From Escherichia phage vB_EcoS_fKuEco01, in the sequence record MT711525.1: a DNA stretch of 40,825 bases; one strand, 5' to 3'. The notes beneath the pieces were generated by a model. The model was not told the DNA's origin, ran no database searches, and was given only the letters and a program-made list of their open reading frames with translations. Position 1 is the first letter of the stretch. Every line of letters begins with the position of its first letter. A program made the position numbers and the translations under genes. Below are positions 8,616 to 17,210 of this stretch, in pieces.

Positions 8616-9028
8616 TGGGCTACTTTGAGGACTTAACAAAAGCGTTCGATGTTCCGCTGGTAGCCTTCGGAACCGCCAACGGCATCAAGGTCGCGCTTGA
8701 AAACATCGACGCGCCGACGTCAACCGATACGCCATATCTGGCAAGTTACATGTTACTGGCGGATACCGAGCAAGCAGATTTGTTCTTCACGGAACAACGC
8801 GCGGGTGTTTATCAGGTCGACATTAACTACGCATCGGTGAAAGGTAGCGCGCCAATCAATAAAATGGCAGACTTACTTAACACGGCATTCAAAGCAGGTA
8901 AGTCATTTTCTCGTAACGACATCTGCGCCGAGGTTCAATCGGTTAGCCTGGGGCCGCTGATTGTAGAAAACGGATGGGCCAAACGACCATTGTCAATTAA
9001 CTTTATTGCATTCACCAAGAGGCTGTGA
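8612..9028 (+). CDS. hypothetical tail protein (possible tail terminator)
   Basis: 138-aa ORF immediately upstream of the major tail protein. Confidence 0.45.
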   Translation: MMGYFEDLTKAFDVPLVAFGTANGIKVALENIDAPTSTDTPYLASYMLLADTEQADLFFTEQRAGVYQVDINYASVKGSAPINKMADLLNTAFKAGKSFSRNDICAEVQSVSLGPLIVENGWAKRPLSINFIAFTKRL

Positions 9029-10197
9029 ATATGGCTACAACTCCTTTTAAGGGCGCGAATACTGCGCAATTCTATGTGGCAGAAACTACCCCTGGCGTAA
9101 CACCGACTAACCCGGTCTGGTCGCCATTGCGTAACACAGGTGGCGTTCCTGCCATTACCCGCGACACGCTGACCTCCAACGAACTGGACGGCAGCCGTGA
9201 AACTACGTCAATCCGCACCGGTAACAAGCAGGTTAGCGGAGAATACGCTATTGAGCTTAGCTCGAAAAGCCAGGACGACTGGCTGGCGGGAGCTTTAGGC
9301 TCTACATGGCAATCCGGTAGTTCTCTGACCGGGCTATCAATTACCGTCGCGCCTGCAGGCAAGACCTTTACCCGTGCCGAAGGTAGCTTTATTTCTGACG
9401 GCGTTGAAGTGGGCGACCTGATTGCGTTTACCGGCTTAACCGGTGACAACGCAAAACCGTTTATCGTAACTGCAGTAGAGGCGCGGGTAGTGACCGGGGC
9501 GGGTATCCAGCATACCCTGACCACAGAGACAGTAACTACCGCCGCTAAGACAGGGGATAAACTGGAAACGGGAGGCCAGTGCAAGACGTTCTCTATTCTC
9601 ACCTGGTACAAAGGCCAGTGCGGCGGGACTGACGCGTACACACTAACCAAAGGCGTGGAAGTTTCTGGTTTTACCATCGAACAGGCTGTTAACGCTATGG
9701 TAACTGGCAGCTTCCCGTTCATCGGTCGCAGTCAGGAGATTCTCACCACGCAGCCGTCTGGTTCTGATTTCTCCTCTGTTACGTTTGGTGACGAGCCATT
9801 CTCCTCGGTCGATGTTTCTGTGTTCGACGGTTCTACGCCGTTGCGTTGCGACAGCCTGACCATCACCAACGACAACAGCGCGTCCGCACAGTTCGAACTC
9901 GGCAACACTAACGTAGCGTTTGTGGAGCGTAGCCGAGCAGCTAACACCTTCTCCATCTCCGGTAAGCTGTACGACATGGCGATGATTCAGAAGTTTATCA
10001 ACGAGCAGCAGGTGGAGATTAACTCTATTCTGGCTGGGGTAAACGGGGCTATGTCTTTCAGTTTGAAACGTGCAGAACTTACGGCGGTTACACCTGAGAT
10101 TGGAGGACCTGAGTCAATCACTCAGTCTATTGAAGGCCAGGCTACTGGCAACCAGTACCAGTCGTCTATTGTTATTCAGCGTATCACATACGCATAA
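9025..10197 (+). CDS. major tail protein
   Basis: 390-aa Thr/Ser/Gly-rich beta-type protein upstream of chaperone pair and tape measure. Confidence 0.6.
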   Translation: MNMATTPFKGANTAQFYVAETTPGVTPTNPVWSPLRNTGGVPAITRDTLTSNELDGSRETTSIRTGNKQVSGEYAIELSSKSQDDWLAGALGSTWQSGSSLTGLSITVAPAGKTFTRAEGSFISDGVEVGDLIAFTGLTGDNAKPFIVTAVEARVVTGAGIQHTLTTETVTTAAKTGDKLETGGQCKTFSILTWYKGQCGGTDAYTLTKGVEVSGFTIEQAVNAMVTGSFPFIGRSQEILTTQPSGSDFSSVTFGDEPFSSVDVSVFDGSTPLRCDSLTITNDNSASAQFELGNTNVAFVERSRAANTFSISGKLYDMAMIQKFINEQQVEINSILAGVNGAMSFSLKRAELTAVTPEIGGPESITQSIEGQATGNQYQSSIVIQRITYA

Positions 10198-10201
10198 AAC
10201 T

Positions 10202-10224
10202 AAGGCCCCGTTTGGGGCCTTTTT
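10202..10224. terminator. bidirectional terminator hairpin AAGGCCCC-GTTT-GGGGCCTT
   Basis: 8-bp GC stem with T-runs on both strands at a convergent gene junction; exact reverse complement recurs at 22728-22747. Confidence 0.7.
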
Positions 10225-10225
10225 C

Positions 10226-10780
10226 TTACAAACCTAATCTTAAAGCAATGCCTATAGCGTTCGATTTAACGTAACCCGGTATGATGTAGGTGTCATAATC
10301 TTTTACACCATCAATATCGTACAGGTAACCGCGGCTGTCCCCTTCAAACGTATGGCCGTCTCTGTGCAAGCGGACGATTCTCACATCATGCCCCGCGGCA
10401 ACGATAGGGGCTACTTCGCTGGCGAACCCGCCATCAGACACCACAAAAACTTCGTCGCCGTCGGGCAAGTTTCCGGCAAGATACTTACCGAAATAATCAT
10501 CACCGAATACCGGTTTAATGAATTGCTCGGAAATGGCAATCATGAACTGACGCCGAGACAACCCGTTAAGGAAACCCTCTGGCTTTTCTTTCCGCGCCCG
10601 GTCGTCGTAGCCGTCGAGAAACTCGCGGTAAGCATCCTGGCCTAACGCAGCCATAGCAATATTGAACATCGGATTCTTGAAACTGGCGACACCCTTCGCA
10701 AAGCCCATTTCTACCAGCGCCCTAGCAAGTGTGTCTTTCCCGCAGCCCGCAGGACCATTAAGAATAATTACCTTAGCCAT
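10226..10780 (-). CDS. P-loop kinase, dNMP-kinase-like
   Basis: 184 aa; N-terminal Walker A GPAGCGKDT resembling T4 gp1-type nucleotide kinases. Confidence 0.65.
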   Translation of the reverse strand: MAKVIILNGPAGCGKDTLARALVEMGFAKGVASFKNPMFNIAMAALGQDAYREFLDGYDDRARKEKPEGFLNGLSRRQFMIAISEQFIKPVFGDDYFGKYLAGNLPDGDEVFVVSDGGFASEVAPIVAAGHDVRIVRLHRDGHTFEGDSRGYLYDIDGVKDYDTYIIPGYVKSNAIGIALRLGL

Positions 10781-11265
10781 TATTTATCACTCCCATGTGG
10801 TTTTAAGTGTGTAGAGTTCCCGTTACAGTCGTATTCAGTAACTGCGTGAGTGGTTATGCCGAGTTCGCGGAAATGCTTTATTACCGCTGGAGAGTCGTCG
10901 AATGCACACAAGATTCTCTCCGGCCCAATAGCACGCAACACCTCTTCTTTAATTACGATGTCTTTTCTGTTGTCGTGTTTGCTGCGCATGATTAACTGAT
11001 AAAATTCGACGCGGTGGCGCTGCAACCACATTCTGGTTTCTTTTTCCGCGTCATCACTACGGCCTGTTAAGATAATAACGGCATAGCGACGATTAAGGGC
11101 GTTACACAGTTCGATGTTATCTTTAATGGGTGCATCGTCTTTGCACGCCATGTTAAATGGTTTCCACGCCCAGGTTTCGCCGTAGTTATCTTTCGGCAGC
11201 AGGTGTAAACGATGAGTACCATCTGCCAATGTCCCGTCTAAATCGAAAATCACAATATCTTTCAT
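10780..11265 (-). CDS. HAD-family phosphatase resembling the T4 Pnkp 3'-phosphatase domain
   Basis: 161 aa; N-terminal DLDGT motif and a C-terminal segment matching the T4 polynucleotide kinase/phosphatase domain as recalled. Confidence 0.65.
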   Translation of the reverse strand: MKDIVIFDLDGTLADGTHRLHLLPKDNYGETWAWKPFNMACKDDAPIKDNIELCNALNRRYAVIILTGRSDDAEKETRMWLQRHRVEFYQLIMRSKHDNRKDIVIKEEVLRAIGPERILCAFDDSPAVIKHFRELGITTHAVTEYDCNGNSTHLKPHGSDK

Positions 11266-12392
11266 CCAAGCATCTCCGGTGAAATAGTTAAACGTGCGAC
11301 CTCGCCATATTCGGCGCTATAAGTAATTACGTTTGCACTGCGGCCCGACATCCACCCACCGCGGGAGGCATATGCATCTTTAGCCGCGAGAGTGCGGTGT
11401 TGCTCAACAATCATGTTACGGCTTTCTACAATCTTTTGGTGGTGCAGGTGACCCACGTGGGCGTAGCTGTAAACACTCTCGCCGAACGCTTTGCGGAACT
11501 TGGCAATCATAACCGGTTCGATAGCGTCGAATCGTGCTTTATGCCCATGATGGAAGAACAGCGTCGTTTTGCCGTGTTGCACCATCTTGTAAACATCCGG
11601 CGACGTATCGACGAACACACGCGGTTCATTGTCGTACAGCGTACTAAACATCTCAGCTAACCAAATCATTCCGCTTTCGTCGTGGTTACCTTGCACGATA
11701 AGCAAGCGAACATTTTTATGTTTAACGAGAGCCATATCAATGACACGGCGGACCATACGAATCATGTAGCGTACAAGTTTCTGATAGCGGGCGTCAGCGT
11801 CAAGAACATGACCACTGGCAGGTGTAACGGCGTCCAGACTATCGAAATGCGCAAGGTCGCCCAGCAGATTAATAACTCCTGTTCCGGCATCCGGTGCTTT
11901 CTGGAACGCTGCGTCGAACCAGCGGGAGAACAGGTCTTCCGCAATCTTCATGTCCCAGTCGTCGCCGCTCTCGTCAGCCCAGGCCAGCATACCGAGATGG
12001 AAATCAGACACAGTGTAAAGGTTGAGTAGCTTGTCGTCTCGTTTGGCGCGAACGGCTTTAACAGGTGCAACTGGTGTAATCTCCGACTTCATGCCTTCGA
12101 TTACGGCTTTCATCAATTCAACCTGACGTTCGGCATCGGTGTCGGTCTTAACCCATTGCAACTTGGTGTTGCCAAACTCATCCACCAGTGATGATGTTCC
12201 TTTAATCTTGTAGCCGTCCGGTACAAGGTAACTAACGTCACGCCCGTGGCCTACACCTTTCTTAGCCAGCTTCGCTTTACGTATACGAATAACGCGGTCG
12301 GAGATGCCGTATTTACGGGCGATGTCGATATTCTTCATACCGGCGTTCAATTCTTCCTGTAACTGTTCGTCGGTTATTTTCTTCCTGGCCAT
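11262..12392 (-). CDS. HTH domain fused to calcineurin-like metallophosphoesterase (SbcD/Mre11-like motifs)
   Basis: 376 aa; motifs DFHLG, GDLAHFD, GNHDE, HHGH, GHLHH; basic N-terminal helix-turn-helix-like region. Confidence 0.7.
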   Translation of the reverse strand: MARKKITDEQLQEELNAGMKNIDIARKYGISDRVIRIRKAKLAKKGVGHGRDVSYLVPDGYKIKGTSSLVDEFGNTKLQWVKTDTDAERQVELMKAVIEGMKSEITPVAPVKAVRAKRDDKLLNLYTVSDFHLGMLAWADESGDDWDMKIAEDLFSRWFDAAFQKAPDAGTGVINLLGDLAHFDSLDAVTPASGHVLDADARYQKLVRYMIRMVRRVIDMALVKHKNVRLLIVQGNHDESGMIWLAEMFSTLYDNEPRVFVDTSPDVYKMVQHGKTTLFFHHGHKARFDAIEPVMIAKFRKAFGESVYSYAHVGHLHHQKIVESRNMIVEQHRTLAAKDAYASRGGWMSGRSANVITYSAEYGEVARLTISPEMLG

Positions 12393-12429
12393 GCTTATTC
12401 CTCGTGTTTAGGATTTGTCCTATACTAGC

Positions 12430-12636
12430 TCACTTCTCTTTGACATTCGAGTTGCACGCCCAGATTAAGATAAATACCCACGGCAGCAGAACCCAACCAA
12501 GAAACAGATTAGCCATGAATATCGCTAACTTCGCTTTATGGCTACGGAAGTACGCAACCAGGAAAGGCGCGAAATAAGCTAGCAGTGCAAACAGAATTAA
12601 GGAAACTGGTAAACTTGACATTTTAAACCCCTTCAT
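12430..12636 (-). CDS. small two-TM membrane protein, resembles superinfection-immunity (Imm-type) proteins
   Basis: 68 aa (63 from second ATG at 12621); hydrophobic helices with LGWxxxPW-ILIWA-like motif; first gene after the island promoter. Confidence 0.5.
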   Translation of the reverse strand: MKGFKMSSLPVSLILFALLAYFAPFLVAYFRSHKAKLAIFMANLFLGWVLLPWVFILIWACNSNVKEK

Positions 12637-12651
12637 TGTTGGTGTAAGTGA

Positions 12652-12680
12652 ATAGTACCCTATTATATTGGGGTGTGCAA
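12652..12680 (-). promoter_or_regulatory. early-type promoter TTGCACAC-17-TACTATTCACTTA driving the minus-strand island
   Basis: reverse complement of 12645-12690 matches the promoter units at 34582-34610 and 35875-35903. Confidence 0.55.
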
Positions 12681-12788
12681 GTAATGTGATAGAATAAGTT
12701 TGCGCCTAGTGTCGCACACGAAAAGCGGGTGGTTCCCGTCTGGCGCATTTATCGTTAACCTGTAACCTCTTAACCAAAGGATTAAAGA

Positions 12789-13205
12789 ATGAAACTTTCT
12801 GATTTTTATTTCGAAGAGAAAGCACTGGTAGGCAAGAAGATGCCCATTCTGCTGCCAAACGGCGAAGACTCCGGTGAATGGCTTAACGTTGTAAGTCCCG
12901 ATGCGGATGTCGCCGTTAAAGCGGGGCGTGCTTTCATTATTGCGTACCGTCGCGGGTTGGCGCGTTTCGAAGAACTGGAAAAAGCCGCCAAAGAATCCGG
13001 CGACTATACTGAATATAACCTGGCTATTAACGAACTGGCGGAAGACCTCAACCGGCAACTCGCGGCAGAAGTCGTAAACGGCTGGAGCTTTGATGAGCCT
13101 TTCTCTAAAGAAGCATTTAACAAATTGCTGGACCAGTTCAAGGCATTAGGCACACAGGTAGCAGCGTTCCATAACGCTGAGCGCAAAGCATTACAGGAAA
13201 AGTAG
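12789..13205 (+). CDS. tail assembly chaperone (G-like)
   Basis: 138-aa acidic protein immediately upstream of tape measure; ends at a shifty AAG-TAG context. Confidence 0.6.
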   Translation: MKLSDFYFEEKALVGKKMPILLPNGEDSGEWLNVVSPDADVAVKAGRAFIIAYRRGLARFEELEKAAKESGDYTEYNLAINELAEDLNRQLAAEVVNGWSFDEPFSKEAFNKLLDQFKALGTQVAAFHNAERKALQEK

Positions 13206-13237
13206 ACGCGCTGTACAGGTTCGCCACCTATGAGTTT

Positions 13238-13570
13238 GTGGATAAGCATAAAATCAGAGAGTTTGATTCTATAGCCGACGGACACGAACAGGCGCTTATC
13301 GCGATGGGTGTAATCGATAAGAAAAAACGTGCAGCGCGACGGGGTGGGCCAGAATGCCCGCCCCTTTTTATATCCACCTTCGAGACGTACTGCGACATTA
13401 AGTTTACGCGACACGTGCGCGAGGACGCTGTAGTATTGTTCGCAAGAGAATCCGTTACGTGGCAAGACCTGAAAGCCTATCTCGATGTTACGCAAAAACA
13501 GCTTAGCCTGTTCGAGATAGACATTATCATGGGCTTAGAAGCAATCTTTGAAGGTAGAAATCATGGCTGA
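13238..13570 (+). CDS. tail assembly chaperone frameshift extension (GT-like)
   Basis: -1 frame relative to 12789-13205, open from 13181; overlaps the upstream ORF by 25 nt; ends overlapping tape-measure start. Confidence 0.5.
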   Translation: MDKHKIREFDSIADGHEQALIAMGVIDKKKRAARRGGPECPPLFISTFETYCDIKFTRHVREDAVVLFARESVTWQDLKAYLDVTQKQLSLFEIDIIMGLEAIFEGRNHG

Positions 13571-15836
13571 TACCGCTAGCTTGATCGTACGAGTATCATC
13601 GACCGGCGTCGATAAAACCACATCACAACTGAACGGGCTTACCAAAGCCGCGGGGGCCGCCGCCGCTGCCGTTGTCAGTCTGGAAACTGCCAAACAGGTG
13701 TTCAGTGCGCTGGTGGACTCCCAGCGCAACTTCGATAAGCTGAACTCCGGCCTCATCACAATGACCGGGAGCGCTGAGAACGCGGCTAAGGCTTTCAGCG
13801 TCCTGCAACAGTTCGCAAAAGAAACCCCATATGGCCTTAACCAGGCGGTGGAAGGCTTTACTAAGCTGGTGGCCCTCGGCCTGAACCCAAGCAAAGAGGC
13901 GTTAATCTCCTACGGCAACACCGCCGCTGCGATGGGTAAAGACCTTAATCAGATGATTGAGGCTGTGGCGGACGCCAGTACATTTGAGTTTGAGCGACTG
14001 AAAGAGTTCGGTATCAAGTCTTCCCAACAGGCAGATACCGTTTCGTTCACGTTCCGCGGCGTCACCACCACGGTTAAAAAGAACTCCGAAGAGATTCAGA
14101 AATACCTGCTAAACATCGGCAACACCGATTTCGCCGGGGCGATGGAGACGCGCTCTAAGACGATAGACGGTCAGTTGTCGAGCCTGGCGGACTCCTTTGA
14201 TGGCCTTGTACTTGCGGTAGCGCAATCCGGTTTCGGCGACGCCGTAGGTGAGCAAGCCGCGAAGGCAGAAGACGCTATTTCGGCACTCACCGACGCCATT
14301 GCGTCTAATGAGATAGCCGCCACGCTCCAGGATTGGGTGACACTGTTCAATGAATCATTCAAGTTTATTTCTGATGCCTTAAACGACCTGGCATACGATA
14401 CCGAGGACAAATCCGCGGATATGTCAGACTCGCTGGGTACTATACCGGATGCTATCCGTGAATGGTTGCCTGACATCCAGCAGACGTTTCACGAGGTTAT
14501 TGCGTGGTTCCAGCGCATTGACGATTACGCCGTAGCGTTAGGTCAGACCCTCGCAGACGTGTTTGATCCGAGCAAAACGGCAGCACTCACATTTAAAAAC
14601 CTGACCGCAGAAGCTGACGCCGCATACGCCGCCAGCATAAAACGCGCCGAGGCCGAATCACAGGCCATCACCAACAGGTCTAAGCAGCGTAAGAAAGAAA
14701 TTGAGGAACAGCGCAAGCAGTACAACGAGCGTAAGAAGCAAGAAATAGACTTAGCCAGCCTTGTTAATAAAAAGGGCGGAACTGGTGGGGTGGGGACAAC
14801 CGACGATAAAGCAGCAAAAGCCGCCGCCAAGAAAGCAGAGCAATTGCGGAATCAGGCGCAAGATTACCTCGACACTTTGGCCCGTCAGAACAACGACGAG
14901 TTAAAGGCTATCGACGCGCAGGAACAGCAGAAACTGGCTAAGGCAAAAGAGTTCTACAGCCAGGGCGCGTTGTCCCTGAAAGAATATGAACAAGCTAAAA
15001 CAGCTATCGTCCTCGAAGCCGGGCAAAAACGACAAGATGAACTGGATAAACGCCAGAAAGAAGCCCAGGAAAAGCAGCAGAAAGGTGACGACTTCATGGC
15101 TCAGATTATGGGTCAGAACGCTACTGAGCTTGAGCTTCTCGACATCCAGGAACAGCAGAAGTTGGCGGTCGCAGATAAGTACCGCGAACAGGGTCTGATT
15201 AGCGAGAAGCAGTATCAGGCCGCGCTTAACGCCATCAACGAGCAGTACGCCACGAAACGTGCCGATGCAACGGCAACGGCCTTTGGTAACATGGCCTCAA
15301 ACATCGGGTCTGCGTTGGGTGAGGCTTCTGGCGCGTACAAGGCATTCGCTATCGTACAGGCCACTATCGCCACGTACACCGCAGCTATTGAGGCGTACAA
15401 GTCAACGGCAGCTATCCCTGTAGTTGGCCCGTTCCTGGCCCCTGTAGCCGCTGCCGCTGCCGTTGGTGCAGGTATGGCGCAGGTTTCCGCTATCCGGTCC
15501 GCGCGTGAACAGGGCGGACAGTTATCCGCAGGGCAGGCTTCCACCATCGCAGAACGCGGTAAACCAGAAGTTATTATGCCGGCTGGCGCATCTCGTGTTC
15601 GCACAGCACAGCAGATGAAAGAAATTATGGGGCAAAACGGGTCTTCTTCCGGCCCGTCTAATGTTACTATCGTAAACAACACGAGTTCTCAAATCGGCAA
15701 CGTATCCACTGAGCAAGATGATGAAGGCCGTTTGCGAATCATCATCGAGGAGCAGGTGGCTGCCTCTTTGCAGAACAGCAACAGCAAGATTAGCAAGGCC
15801 CGCAAAGCCACAAGAAATGCGCCGGGGTTTAAATAA
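13563..15836 (+). CDS. tape measure protein
   Basis: about 757 aa, Ala/Gln/Lys-rich with long coiled-coil segments; ATG 13563 after GAAGGTAG; track start is TTG 13548. Confidence 0.8.
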   Translation: MADTASLIVRVSSTGVDKTTSQLNGLTKAAGAAAAAVVSLETAKQVFSALVDSQRNFDKLNSGLITMTGSAENAAKAFSVLQQFAKETPYGLNQAVEGFTKLVALGLNPSKEALISYGNTAAAMGKDLNQMIEAVADASTFEFERLKEFGIKSSQQADTVSFTFRGVTTTVKKNSEEIQKYLLNIGNTDFAGAMETRSKTIDGQLSSLADSFDGLVLAVAQSGFGDAVGEQAAKAEDAISALTDAIASNEIAATLQDWVTLFNESFKFISDALNDLAYDTEDKSADMSDSLGTIPDAIREWLPDIQQTFHEVIAWFQRIDDYAVALGQTLADVFDPSKTAALTFKNLTAEADAAYAASIKRAEAESQAITNRSKQRKKEIEEQRKQYNERKKQEIDLASLVNKKGGTGGVGTTDDKAAKAAAKKAEQLRNQAQDYLDTLARQNNDELKAIDAQEQQKLAKAKEFYSQGALSLKEYEQAKTAIVLEAGQKRQDELDKRQKEAQEKQQKGDDFMAQIMGQNATELELLDIQEQQKLAVADKYREQGLISEKQYQAALNAINEQYATKRADATATAFGNMASNIGSALGEASGAYKAFAIVQATIATYTAAIEAYKSTAAIPVVGPFLAPVAAAAAVGAGMAQVSAIRSAREQGGQLSAGQASTIAERGKPEVIMPAGASRVRTAQQMKEIMGQNGSSSGPSNVTIVNNTSSQIGNVSTEQDDEGRLRIIIEEQVAASLQNSNSKISKARKATRNAPGFK

Positions 15837-16336
15837 TGAGCGACTTATATTTCCCACGTAGCCTTAAGCCAATTGTATCGAAAGGTTACTCAATGACCAG
15901 ACGTAACAACGTCTGGAGTGTAGATTTAGCCGGTGGCGGGGTGCGTCAGGGCCGTGACACGTATTACGACGTGTTCCCTGTTAGCGTAACCCTGATTACA
16001 TCCGCAATGGGGCGACAGGCGTTTCTGTCGTTCCTCGAAAAAGTAGACGGCGGTGCGTCAAGTTTCTGGATGGCGCACGACTTTGGCATGGGTATCGAGG
16101 ATTATCAGGTAACCATTACGTCCACTATCGCCGAGTCCACCGAAGACGGGATTAACTGGACAATCACCTTCACGGCAACCGCCGAGAAATCACCGTTCCA
16201 GGACCTTGAGAACCAATGCCTGATTAACAATCTTCCGGATTTGTACGGTTGCTATGGTGACGGGCTGGGGTGTTTCCTTAAAGCCTACGGAACCGCGCAA
16301 TCAACGTTTCCACGAATTTGGGACCCGATGCAATGA
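15836..16336 (+). CDS. minor tail protein (gpM-like position)
   Basis: 166-aa ORF, start overlaps tape-measure stop. Confidence 0.55.
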   Translation: MSDLYFPRSLKPIVSKGYSMTRRNNVWSVDLAGGGVRQGRDTYYDVFPVSVTLITSAMGRQAFLSFLEKVDGGASSFWMAHDFGMGIEDYQVTITSTIAESTEDGINWTITFTATAEKSPFQDLENQCLINNLPDLYGCYGDGLGCFLKAYGTAQSTFPRIWDPMQ

Positions 16337-16848
16337 GTCAGGAATCAGTAGAAGCAGCCTACCGCCGTAAGCTGGCGTCGAACCCAGATGGTGAGATGGA
16401 CTACATCACGTTGCAAATCAGCCACCCGTTGCTGTCGAAGACGTACTATCTTGTGCGCGGGCTGCAGGAACTTACGGCGACACTGGAAACCGGCGAAACT
16501 ATCACATTCGAACCCACCCCGATGGAAGCGTCGGGGGCTGCTAACAACAGTGATATGGACCAGACGACGACGTTTACTCTACCGGATATTCTCAATCAAC
16601 TGGACGATGAGATGGATAAAATCCCGATGAGTAACACCGAGTTGCCGAAATTCGTCTTCCGCCGTTATGTCAGTACCGACCTGTCTTATCCGGCGGACGG
16701 CCCGGTCGTGTACGAGTTACAGGCTATCAACCAGGAGAAAGGCGAGTTCTCCGCAGATGTCGGTACACCTATGCTGAACCAACGAAGCACTGGTATACTG
16801 ATGACACCTAAAGAGATACCGTTATTACGCGGCCTGTTGACCACATGA
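16333..16848 (+). CDS. minor tail protein (gpL-like position)
   Basis: ATG 16333 overlaps upstream stop (ATGA); track start is TTG 16318. Confidence 0.5.
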   Translation: MSQESVEAAYRRKLASNPDGEMDYITLQISHPLLSKTYYLVRGLQELTATLETGETITFEPTPMEASGAANNSDMDQTTTFTLPDILNQLDDEMDKIPMSNTELPKFVFRRYVSTDLSYPADGPVVYELQAINQEKGEFSADVGTPMLNQRSTGILMTPKEIPLLRGLLTT

Positions 16849-17210
16849 ATATTAACGACTACACGGGCATACCTTACGACTTTCGCAAACGCAATTGCTG
16901 GCATCACGTGCGCATTGTCCGCGCGGATGCAGGGTTAGAAACCCCTGCGTTCGACGTTACAAGCCCTACGGCAATTAACGAAGCGTTTGACGAAGGCCAC
17001 CGTGACACGAAGGGGCTTACAAAAATTGATAAGCCTGAAAACTTCTGCGCGGTGCTTATGGGTTATCGCCGTGGTGGTCGTATCGTGTGGCACGCAGGAG
17101 TATACTTCGACGGGATGGTTAGCCATTGCGAGCTTGCTTCTCGTCAGGTACGGCTTGACAGGCTGGCGGACCTCAGAGACACGTACACGGAGATTGAATT
17201 TTGGCGATAA
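16845..17210 (+). CDS. tail assembly protein with NlpC/P60-like Cys/His motif (gpK-like)
   Basis: 121 aa with NCWHH ... VWHAG ... SHCE arrangement. Confidence 0.5.
   Translation: MNINDYTGIPYDFRKRNCWHHVRIVRADAGLETPAFDVTSPTAINEAFDEGHRDTKGLTKIDKPENFCAVLMGYRRGGRIVWHAGVYFDGMVSHCELASRQVRLDRLADLRDTYTEIEFWR

Noticed and set aside
9072-9722. 216-aa minus-strand ORF antisense to the major tail protein gene
   Set aside because: Shadow ORF inside a coding gene; Pro/Ser/Val-rich low-complexity translation; no start context.
12667-12695. Plus-strand promoter for the tail chaperone operon (extended -10 TGaTAGAAT)
   Set aside because: The -35 region is poor (ATTGGG) and it overlaps the better-supported minus-strand island promoter; kept only as a low-confidence possibility.
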